Positions 1 to 9,370 of a stretch of DNA of 28,588 nucleotides are shown in pieces. Each line of letters starts with the position of its first letter. The first letter of the stretch is position 1. The notes under the pieces were generated by a model. It did no database searches. It was not told where the DNA came from and worked only from the letters and a program-made list of their open reading frames with translations. Source of the stretch: Paraspadella gotoi. Lineage: Eukaryota > Animalia > Chaetognatha. The stretch is taken from the NCBI GenBank assembly GCA_051294375.1, contig CM119267.1, positions 1,944,391 to 1,972,978 of the forward strand. The letters run 5' to 3'. The translations under genes were made by a program, and so were the position numbers.

Positions 1-1219
1 AGACGTAAAGAGTAACCGGTACCCCCGTCAGGAGCAGACGACGACCCGCGCCATTTTGAGAAGGAACGAATCTTTCCTTGTGGACCAGATACCGTTGTTG
101 TCCGAAGCGAGAGTGACCATTACGTAAGTCGAAAGGGTCCAGTAATCGCTGGGCGTCAACTTGGCGCTGCGATGCATGTCGTCGAGTCCTCCCCTTCGCG
201 CAAAGTCGGCTGACGAAGGAGAGCCTGCGGTCTAAAAAAATATTTTTTTATTTACTTTCTTTCTCTCTTTCTTTCGTCGGTTGTTTTTACAATTACCTCT
301 TGCAAGGCTTTTTACCACCGCGCTCTGGAGACGCCGAGACGTTAAAGGCCCTGGATGATGATGATGATGCGTGGCGCCAATAGCTCGTCTTCGCCAAAGA
401 GTATATGCTGATTCGACTGTGTTCTTCGATTAAAGGTCATCGTCATCGTCATTCATCGATAAATCTAGGCGTCTAATTAAATACATGATAATTTTTTATT
501 TTTTATAAAAATAAACAAACGCAAAAAAATCCTTACCTTTTCGCTTTGTTCCCGTTCATCTTTGAGCTGTTTGACCTCTCTTCTCAAATCAATCAACTCC
601 TTTTGAGTGTCTCGTAAAACCCCGCGAAGGAAGAGAATGGTAGAATCTTTGTTTTGAATTTCAATTCTAAAAAGATTTATTATATTAATACAGTAATATA
701 AATAATATTGTATATATATATATTACTTGTTTTTATCTAGGACTTTGAAGGAATTTTCAAAACTTCTGGCCCTGGCGTAAGTCGTAAATTTATATTCGTG
801 ACAAATTTCACACAAAGTGATAAACTGTATAAAGAAAAAAGATTATTTTTTTTACTATTGCAATATCAAAGAGAAAAAAAATATAATTACCGAAATACGG
901 CAAATTGGCGCAGTAGGATTTTGTTAGAAATAATTTGTCAAAACAAAGAGAACACAATGGATGACCTAATAATTAATTAATTAGTTAATTAGTTAATTAA
1001 ACAAACGTATAAAAGAAAGTGTCATTATGCTCATTTGTTTTTTTATAATAAAATTACCGCGCTCTCATGGACATTTAAAAAACTAAAATAAAAAGATTTA
1101 TCGTTCAAAAAGTTACCTTGAACGCAACAATATATTTTACTATTTTGTTTAAATTCCGTGAAACAAATAGGGCAATTTAGAAAAAAGAAATCTCCGTTAA
1201 ATTGTGAAAAATCCTCCAT
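1..1219 (-). CDS. Spliced RING finger/coiled-coil gene, paralog A (runs off the window start; carries indels)
   Basis: Exons 1219-1117, 965-891, 824-727, 666-537, 472-297 and 231-<1, all with GT..AG boundaries. Joined translation: MEDFSQFNGDFFFLNCPICFTEFKQNSKIYCCVQ|GHPLCSLCFDKLFLTKSYC(P)ICRIS|FITLCEICHEYKF...|IEIQNKDSTILFLRGVLRDTQKELIDLRREVKQLKDEREQSEK. This is a C3HC4 RING with Sina/Siah-like CxxGH spacing plus a heptad segment. One extra base near 910 must be removed and exon 5 has further indels. TATAAAA on the minus strand at 1299-1305. Confidence 0.75.
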
Positions 1220-1818
1220 ATAAAAAGAAAGAAAGAAAAGTAGTAGAAAAAAGAAGGAATACGATCGAGCGTAGATCGAGAAGCGAAAGGTCATTTTCTT
1301 TTATAGGTAAGGAAATCGATTGCAAAATATAACCTCACCTAGTTTGAATGATGAAAGTGACCAAGTAAATAAAATATATCTTGACTAGCCTCTCGATAAT
1401 CTTTTCACAGTGTAAATAGGCGAGTAAAAAATAAATTCTTTTCACTGGCCAAAAAAAGTAATCTCTTATCAATGATTTTTTTTTTGGTAAATGTTTAAAG
1501 TCCGGTTTATTTATCTAGTTAGTGACTTCTTTCTCTAATTTTTCGTCTTTTCTCTGTCTCTGTGTCTTGTCTCTGTCTTCTTTGTCCAAAGTAGTTTTAC
1601 CTAATGATGAACAAAACAACTTTTTTGTACGTGTGTTTTACACTTGGCGATCGTTCAAAACGGAGACAGCATAATATGGGTCCTCCTCGATAGTCACGCT
1701 GATGTCAATCTCGTGCCCTATGATTTCTTAATTTATATCGATGCGTATCTAAACAGGAAGAATGGTATAATTAGGTAAAAACCAATCGGGCCTGGTGATT
1801 TACTGCCGCCGTGGAACG

Positions 1819-1941
1819 GCCGTCGTCGACGACGCCATTGATCACAACGACATCAAAGCAGGCGTCGTCAACGACACATTAATCACAACGACATCAGCAG
1901 GCCGTCGTCAACGACACCATTAATCACAACGACATCAAGCA
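1819..1941 (+). repeat. Three ~42-bp tandem repeats (GCCGTCGTCAACGACACCATTAATCACAACGACATCAAGCA)
   Basis: Three visible copies with small indels. The consensus could encode AVVNDTINHNDIKQ or PSSTTPLITTTSSR. Confidence 0.85.
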
Positions 1942-2470
1942 CCTCGACTAAAAGACCGACAAAAAACTACGATTAAAATAACGAGTCAACGACAACAACG
2001 ACTACAAACAATCACGACAAATGATCGACTCGATAAAACAACGACAATGGCAACAGCAACAACAAGTTAAAATGAAACAACAACAACGAACGAGATAATA
2101 AGAAACCAAAGATGTCATAACAAAGCAACAATGACAATAACAACGACGAGAAAAAAAACACAACGACATGAGTCACAACAAACGATGACATGACGAGGCA
2201 ACGACGATGACAATGAGACCAACGACGATAACAACGACGATGACAATGAGGAGCAAAGCCGACACGACGACCGCAGAATAAAACCACAACGACGATGACA
2301 ATGACGGAGCAAAGTCCGACAACTACGACGAGAATAAAACACAAGTTGATGAAATGACGAGGCCATGACACGACGACCGAGAATAAAACCCAACGACAAC
2401 GACGATGACAAATCCAAATACAATGACAATAACAACGACTAGTCACAAAAAACAATGACAACGGCGATGA
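1942..2470 (+). repeat. ACA/ACG/ATG-rich low-complexity tract with longer internal repeats
   Basis: Recurring ACAACGACGATGACAATGA and GACACGACGACCG(C)AGAATAAAA units. Possibly a Thr/Asp/Asn-rich coding segment broken by indels. Confidence 0.7.
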
Positions 2471-2836
2471 CGGAGGAAGAGAAAAATCAACATTACCAAC
2501 AGAGACAACGAATCAAAATCAATCCAACAAATGAGCAATTTCCAAAGCGCGAACAGGAAAAGAGTGTCAAAAGTGAGATTGTCTTTTTTTCAATTTTTTT
2601 TTTTTACTACTAAAATGTTCTAATATCAATCAGGGAAGAAAATGATTACGATCTAAAAATGATCAGATTTTACTATCATTATTTTGATCGTCGTCATCGG
2701 AAGATAGTGATGGAATTATTGAATCTGCGAAAAGGCGATTGCTAAAAAGGATTAACGAACAAGAATAAACCGTCGTCGAGGGGAAACGGGCCTTGACAGA
2801 ACTTGCCCGGCGGACTACTATCTACAACAAGCAATT

Positions 2837-3231
2837 ATGACACCAATTGATGAAAACGAAATGCCATTAAGTTGGAGATTTGCCACTCCACCAGAAGAAC
2901 CCGACGTAGGTTGGATGATTTTAGCGACTACAATGATGACGTCAACGAATACGACAACGAAATAGTGGCAGAAGAGGTGAGGGTGCTGATGGATGAAGTC
3001 AGACAAGAACTGCAGCAGAGACAGACTCAAACATCATTCCAGGAAGCCGGAGCCGGGTGGTACAGGAACGTCAATCCTGAGGATGACGCCGCCATACGAA
3101 AATATAGGTAAAATATATTTTTACTTATTGTAAATGTTATGTTATACATCTATCTTTCTTGTACGATAGAACTCAATGAAATCATTACGAGACCCAACAA
3201 CGATTTGCCATTGGATTACTCATACAGGTGA
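2837..3231 (+). CDS. 3' part of an acidic orphan gene with a short intron
   Basis: Coding-like ...DDFSDYNDDVNEYDNEIVAEEVRVLMDEVRQELQQRQ...DDAAIRKY. A GTAAA donor at 3108 and ATAG acceptor near 3169 give ELNEIITRPNNDLPLDYSYR*, with AATAAA near 3320. 5' end uncertain; a frameshift lies near 2910. Confidence 0.45.
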
Positions 3232-3600
3232 TAACGGAATATATGCTCAAGGAGTGGAGAAATGGAAACGCCTTAAGATATTTTTCTTTTTTTAAATTTT
3301 TGTTATTATAAAGATATTGAATAAAATGACTTAAGGATTGGTTCTGTTATTTAAGACGTTTTAAGAGTAGTGAATATTATCTAAGAGGTGAGAATGTTGA
3401 CGCGCCCAAAAGGAGGTGACGCCTGAGATAAATAAACTCCTTTTAGATTTATCGTATTATAAGAGTGAGGAAATGATTCATTGGGTTATCGCCTAGAGGG
3501 CACGTTGGTACCTGTGAGTAATGTATGATATGTCACAATATAGGAAATATAAAAAAACATGCATATAAATAATTTTTGATTAAATTAGATAAAATTAAAG

Positions 3601-4023
3601 ATGGCGAAATTGAATGAACGTGTAAAAATTTGTCACCAAATACATTTTCGCGCTAACGATGATGGTTATCTTTACATTAAACAAATTAGAAAAAACTGGC
3701 ATTAATTTTTGCATTCGTAAAAAAATTTGTTGGACGGTGAAGAATTTTAAAATTACGTGATAAAGAAAACTTATCAAGACTTCTCAAATTTGTAAAAAAC
3801 ACTGAAAAAAGAATGGCTCAAAGCGTGAAATACAATTCGGTCAATGAAATCAAAATGGAAATAATATTAAAATCTGGCGACAACTCAGAGGAAACAAACT
3901 ATTCATTCGCAAGATGGGCGATAATAAAGCAAATTGACTTGCCATCAGAGGAATGAAAAAAATATTTCGTTTTTAAAATTCTTTTATGATACTCATGATT
4001 CAATTTTGTCGTTGTACAAATAA
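3601..4023 (+). CDS. Small orphan gene (~140 aa, frameshifted), weakly PC4-fold-like
   Basis: TATAAAT near 3564, ATG at 3601. Repaired reading: MAKLNERVKICHQIHFRANDDGYLYIKQ.EKTGINFCIRK..LLDGEEF.KLRDKENLSRLLKFVKNTEKRMAQSVKYNSVNEIKMEIILKSG...IDLPSEE.KKIFRF.KFFYDTHDSILSLYK*. Breaks fall mostly in homopolymer runs. Confidence 0.5.
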
Positions 4024-4050
4024 AGCTTAATAATTTGTATTTTTTAATAG

Positions 4051-4596
4051 ATGGAATTAGAAAACAAAATATGAAATAACCGAAAACTTGTTTTTTGTGG
4101 GACTAAAAATGAAAAGATTAAAATCTAAGATAGAACTGAATGATCCCAAATCATGTAACAACTTCAACCATCATCGATTTACAAGAATACAAAAGTCTCA
4201 TCAATGAAATATAAAAATAATTAACGACCATTTGTCCGAATCATTCGATGAAACGGGAGATTATGACGACGACGAAACTATGCGTATAAGTAAAAAAAAC
4301 TTTTTCATCGATTCCATTCTAACGATTATGATGATGATGACACAACCTTAGAAATTATACCTAATTTGATAAAGGTTGATAACGAAGACATGACATTCTG
4401 AGAGCGAAGATTTTACTGGCCTCAAAATCGAAGGACAGATAATGTTGAACAATTTATCGATTCTTGTATTATAAATTTGAAACCAATACTCGTATGTATC
4501 CTTTTAGATGTGAAAATTGCAATCATGTGTGTCATAATTGTTCAAAAAATAAAATAGATACACTGTCATAATAATTATGCATTGTTTAACGTCTAA
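4051..4596 (+). CDS. Small acidic orphan gene (~180 aa, frameshifted) with a C-terminal Cys/His cluster
   Basis: Repaired reading: MELE.KYEITENLFFVGLKMKRLKSKIELMIPNHVTTSTIIDLQEYKSLINEI..IINDHLSESFDETGDYDDDETMRIS...YDDDDTTLEIIPNLIKVDNEDMTF.SEDFTGLKIEG...MYPFRCENCNHVCHNCSKNK...HNNYALFNV*. Confidence 0.5.
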
Positions 4597-4614
4597 AATT
4601 TAAAGGTTATTAAT

Positions 4615-4657
4615 GAAATATTAGGGGATTCTTCTACAAAGAATCCCCTAATGTTTC
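4615..4657. other. 19-bp stem / 5-nt loop hairpin
   Basis: GAAATATTAGGGGATTCTT-ctaca-AAGAATCCCCTAATGTTTC with one G:T pair, located just after the stop at 4596. Confidence 0.85.
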
Positions 4658-4844
4658 TGTCTATACTACTATCATCAGTGTCTCAACTGATATCCATAAT
4701 CGATCTTTATCTTTTTTCTTGATTTCGCTTTTATTCGCGAGTGATGTCTCTGGCTACCGATAAAGAAAAAACAAAATATTAAACTCGATCTTTACTTCAA
4801 ATATTCATTTAATTTAATTTCTACAAATGATAAAGGATTTTAAT

Positions 4845-4881
4845 GAAACATTCGGGATTCTCTTCGATAATCCGAATGTTC
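4845..4881. other. Second, related hairpin
   Basis: AACATTCGG(G)ATT-ctcttcgat-AATCCGAATGTT, preceded by the same TAAAGGnTnTTAATGAAA leader as the 4615 hairpin. Confidence 0.7.
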
Positions 4882-5163
4882 AAATTCATAAAGTTCCATG
4901 GGTGACAGTAAACATCCAGTTCTTCAGTTGAATTAGGTGTGAATCGAATACATAATTTCTTTTCTATTAAAATCGAATTCAGCTAGCTAAAAAGATAAAT
5001 ACTAATTACCTAAAATCTGACATCTTTCATAAAACATTCTCAGAGTCGCAGAAAGAAAATTACAGCAAATAGTGAGAGTGACGTCGTCTTTAATGCTAAA
5101 GGGTGATGTCATAACGGAAAAAATATAGGAGTGTTTCAATGACGTTATAGCCAAAGGCTGCAA

Positions 5164-5298
5164 ATGACGTCATGCCCAGAAGTGATGACGTCATGTCCGG
5201 AAGTGATGACGTCATGACCGGAAGTGATGACGTCATGACCGGAAGTGATGACGTCATGACCGGAAGTGATGACTCATGACCAGAAGTGATGACGTCAT
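5164..5298. promoter_or_regulatory. 21-bp tandem array of CRE palindrome + ETS site (ATGACGTCATGACCGGAAGTG x ~6.5)
   Basis: Units start at 5164, 5185, 5206, 5227, 5248, 5269 (20 bp, TGACTCA variant) and 5289 (partial), with degenerate copies at 5078-5148. The repeat is certain; the regulatory role is inferred from the motifs. Confidence 0.8.
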
Positions 5299-5468
5299 CA
5301 GATAGGTATGTCAAGAATTTTTGCGTCTGAACGCCTATATTTCCTCTCTTACAATTACCCTCATACGGATCTGAAAAATAAACGTGAGGAGAATTTACAT
5401 TGACACAAAATATTTACTTCTCTCTGCAATATAAATGATACTTATTAAAAAGATTTTTGTTATCCTCC

Positions 5469-6075
5469 TTAAAGATGTTGTTTATGACTGATAACATTAT
5501 AACGCCAATCTTTCCCTCCGCATTTTAGCAAAATGGCTAAGGCAAGCAGGCGTCGTAACGTTTCGAACCATTTACATAATGATGAAGTTCACAACCAATG
5601 GTGCTGAGAATGACAATCATTTCCTTCGGAAGATGGCGACTTATTTTCATTGTTTGAGAAAAATAGTTTTGAGTTAGTTTTAAACCCGATATAATATCGT
5701 TCATCAAAGTAGCGTCGTAAAGAGCCTATCCATAAACATCCCCAATAATGAAGTTGGGCGCCGCGCAGGTGCTCAGAGTTCTACAAACATCTTCCTTTGC
5801 CTCTCGCCAAGATTGAGGCGAATCGCTCCGACGACGACGATAAGATTGTCGGTCAGTTAGCGGCGTGATCGAGCGGGCGAAAATTGTCGTAAGGATTCGT
5901 CCACCTCGATGAGAGACTGAAGGAGACGTTTCGCTAAAAAGCCAAAATGCGATTTGTGATAACTTCTCGGTGCGAAAAGACTCTCACGCCCCTCCCGGAG
6001 TCATAAACCAAAAATCTTTCGACGAATCACGACAAAGTCTTTCTCTTTAAGCAAGTCTATCTCGGCGTCGTCCAT
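5469..6075 (-). CDS. Orphan gene (~200 aa, heavily frameshifted)
   Basis: ATG at 6075: MDDAEIDLLKEKDFVVI. Further coding-like blocks in shifting frames: FLVYDSGRGVRVFSHREVITNRILAF, SPQSWREAKEDVCRTLSTCAAPNFIIGMFMD, LYDATLMNDIISGLKLTQNYFSQTMKISRHLPKEMIVILSTIGCELHHYVNG. GC is higher than the flanks. Stop position uncertain. Confidence 0.4.
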
Positions 6076-6238
6076 TTTTTTTCTTCTTTTCATCTGATAT
6101 ATTATAATAATAAGATTAAGCATAATGGCGGCGCGCATTTTATTTTATTTTTTTTGGCAAGCTTAATAGTAACGATTACATAGATGGCATTTCCCAATTA
6201 TAAACAATTATAATGTTTCTTTTGAGTTTGTTTTTTTT

Positions 6239-7769
6239 TTAGATCACTTTGACAATCTTTTGGATCAATTTAAGCAATCCATGAAATTCATCGCGCTTAA
6301 GAGATTCCGGCCAAATAGACGTGACGAATAGCAAACCCAAGATTTGGATCCATAAAATATGGACGCAAGGACACGTTAACCTTCGGATAGTCGTCCTTGG
6401 TCTTGTAGGACGCTCATCGATATTCCCAAACTCTCCGTCACCGGCATAACGCGGGCGTTAACTGTAGTCGGCGGATGCGCTGGAGACTCTCCAGCTTCTT
6501 CAGCTCGTCTTTGCTTTCGTTTCGTACAGATGAATGAGACGCTTCGACTCCTCTTTGTTCACGGTATTTTTGTGACCGGTTCGATGGCTCGAGATTTTGA
6601 AGCAATCGTAGGTAACCGATCCATCTCCGTGGCCAATATGAGATTAGTGACGTATCTTCCTTGTAGATCCAAATGCCACTCTCATCCTCGTGAACTTGAC
6701 ATGACGTAGGGAGAAAGACCCAGTAGTCAGACAAGACCATCTTTGACCCACGATGCATTCGTCAAATCCATCGGACTCGTGTAGGGTTGATTGGCGTAGA
6801 GACAGATTTGAGGTCTTTAAAATAATAAAATAAAATAAAAAAAGTCAGAGACAGAGAGAGATCTATTTTTTTTCATTTACCTCTTGCATTGCTTCTTAGC
6901 GGTCGTCGATGAGACACTGCGGTACTCTGATTGCAGCATTGTCCGCTAAAAATCGTTTTCGATTAAAACGATTGATTGATCCTATAGGAATTACATCATC
7001 TCCCTGACTCGATGTCAAATCCAAGCCGCCTAAATATTACAAACATTGATAAATAAAAATATATAAAATAAAAATATAGACATAAATATTACCTTTTTGC
7101 GGGCATTGGTTTTGTTCGAATTCATCTCTCGGCGTCTAATTTCTCTTCTTAAACGAATCAAGTCCAATTGATTTTCTCTAAAGAACTTTGTAAGAAATTA
7201 ATGGTCGAGTCACGAGATTGGATTCAGATCTGAGATAGAGACAGATATGAATATTAAAAAAAACATTAATAAGGGTATCATTAAGAGGTGTTACTTGTTT
7301 TTTTCAATGACGGCCAATAGCTTCTTCCCAAGCTCTGCTCTTGAATAGTTGTAATTTAAACTGATGACAAATTTCGCAGCAAGTTATAAAACTAATAAAA
7401 AAACCATATACAATATTTCTATTTTATTCCATTAACTTCTAATATTAATTACCGAATTTCGACAGATTGCGCAGGTTGGGCTTTTATGCAAATAATTTTT
7501 TCAAACATTGAGAACAGATGGGGTGCCCTATTTTTAACAGGGTAAGGGGGAAAAGAGAATCTTATGTTTTCTTAAACGAAAAAAACTTTAATAAGAGCGA
7601 TCTTTTGGATCGATGAGAAATTGAAAATATTTTTAAGAAAAACAAAATACACACATTTTTTTCTATTCTCACCTGAGTGCAGGTATAGATTTTATCTTTC
7701 GTCGTAAAATGCAAAAAAACCAAACCTGGACAACTTAAAGATGTAACAATGTCTTGCGTCAACCTCCAT
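6239..7769 (-). CDS. Spliced RING finger/coiled-coil/PC4-like gene, paralog B (multiple indels)
   Basis: Exons 7769-7673, 7527-7453, 7391-7295, 7229-7093, 7029-6881 and 6814-6239, with the same intron positions as paralog A. Blocks: LSCP.....HFTTKDKIYTCTQ|GHPICSQCLKKLF..SPTCAICRNS|FITCCEICHQFK; DSTINFL...LRENQLDLIRLRREIRR; MHRGSKMVLSDYWVF; C-terminal KVNVSLRPYFMDPNLGFAIRHVYLAGIS(L)KRDEFHGLLKLIQKIVKVI*. TATAAAA on the minus strand at 7824-7830. Confidence 0.72.
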
Positions 7770-8408
7770 ATAAAGAAAATGATCTAAAAAACCGACATCT
7801 GAAAAATCAAAAAAGACGAGGGTTTTTATAGCATGAGAAATCTGCGAGGGCGACAAACAAAAAAAAAGATTAAAAGAAAAAAAAAATTAGATGGTAAAAT
7901 TTCAACAAAGTAAATGTAAAGGTTTAAACCCTTTTTTTCCCCAAAGAACATTGCGGAATGTTCATCTTAAAGAAGAGATCAAAATCATAAAGATAAGGAT
8001 TTTTTATAAGAGGCGGGCCAAAAGACATATTCTTTCTTATCACCAGACAGTTTTTTTAAGTTTCTTTTTAATCCAAATCTTTTATTTTCAATTGTTCTCA
8101 TTTCGCATTATTCATTCACCGCCTTTGCGTCTCTTTTCCGCCATTTTCGAAAGATGCATCTCTTTGTCATCATTCATTTCTTTTCTTTGATTCCAAGCAT
8201 CGTGGAGATTTGGGACCTGACGATGTAAGTCTATATGTTTATTATCTTTTTCGTCTTTCAATGGTAAAAGAAAGGTTTTTTTTTCCTTAAAGTTGGAAAC
8301 AATTTGGTCCGATGACATTCCGCCTTGGAAAAGGTCGACGAAGTCTCAATGACGTCAACGATGCCGCCGGCAATCGTCACTTCGATAAACTACCTATTCA
8401 CGACTAAA

Positions 8409-8643
8409 AACCTCTCTTCTACTCCCACTTCATTTACAAAGACGACGACGATTGCTCGAACAAAGGACTCACTCTCTCAATAACATCGCCCACATTCAAC
8501 ACAATCGATCATCATCTTCATCGAGTATTACGAATCAAATTGCAACCTCCTCTTCCACTCCCACTTCAAGTACAAAGACGGCACGATTACTCAAACAAAG
8601 GACTCAATCCTTTGACGACGTCGCCCACAATCAACCACAATCG
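8409..8643 (+). repeat. Diverged direct repeat, ~99-bp units at 135-bp period, probably coding
   Basis: 8409-8507 versus 8544-8643. The second copy reads NLLFHSHFKYKDGTITQTKDSIL and the first a frameshifted equivalent (FYSHFIYKD..TIARTKDSL). The period is a multiple of 3. Confidence 0.75.
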
Positions 8644-8999
8644 TTTGGCGCCCATGCTTTGCATGACCCGCCAAACTTTAATACTAAAATAAAAAAATCC
8701 CCACGGGAAGCTTTGGCTTCCCCGTTGGCATTTTTTGCTTCGTAGTTCCAATTCAATGCATTATGAGTTCCATTTATTTGCGTGTCCAATATATTTTCTA
8801 AATAAAGTGTTCTTTTGTTTACGATTGTCGTCTTTTGATAGACTACGCCTTCACATTTTCTTAGTCGAGTTAATAACAAATGATTATGATTTCAAGTTCA
8901 ACGTTTCTAGTTTATTATATAGGCAATTAAAGTATTACATAACTGACTAGACATTATCTAGAATACTAATCATTTGATGAAAGTAATTAGATGATTGCC

Positions 9000-9370
9000 G
9001 TTAGAATAAAACAGGTCTATACTATTGCAAAGAATGTTTGTAATGTAGTTAACATGATGTCATGTCATACAAGGCCAAGTCGTAGGCGTGCTAAAGATCG
9101 ATGACATGTGATGACGTCATGTCATACGGAAGTAGTTGACATTTGCGAATGTGATGACGTCATGTCATACCAGACAGTTGGTGCAGCCAGAAGTGATGAC
9201 GTCGTGTCATACCGGAAGTAGGTGGGTGTGGCCGGAAGTGGTGACGTCATGTCATACCGGCAAAAATGTGAAAAGAAATTGTTAGAATAAAAAAAGGTCT
9301 GTACTATTGCGAAAATGCCGGGAATTGCGGATGTACTTTCTTTCTGATGACGTCATGTCATAGGGCAGTG
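9000..9370. promoter_or_regulatory. Second CRE/ETS array (~45-bp units GATGACGTCATGTCATACCGGAAGT...GCCGGAAGT) with a ~37-bp direct repeat
   Basis: About six ATGACGTCATGTCATA-type units between 9054 and 9362. GTTAGAATAAAA..GGTCT(A/G)TACTATTGC occurs at 9000 and 9281. Confidence 0.75.

Noticed and set aside
1043-1294. 83-aa ORF as annotated in the track
   Set aside because: Only 1219-1117 is supported (RING exon 1); the rest is leader and intron.
2012-2461. Cys/Val/Ser-rich minus-strand ORFs
   Set aside because: They are antisense readings of the ACA/ACG low-complexity tract.
5164-5298. CRISPR-like repeat array
   Set aside because: Units are head-to-tail with no unique spacers, there are no cas genes, and the context is eukaryotic.
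5096-5314. ORF with MTSSLPV repeats
   Set aside because: It is simply the translation of the 21-bp array, with no other coding evidence.
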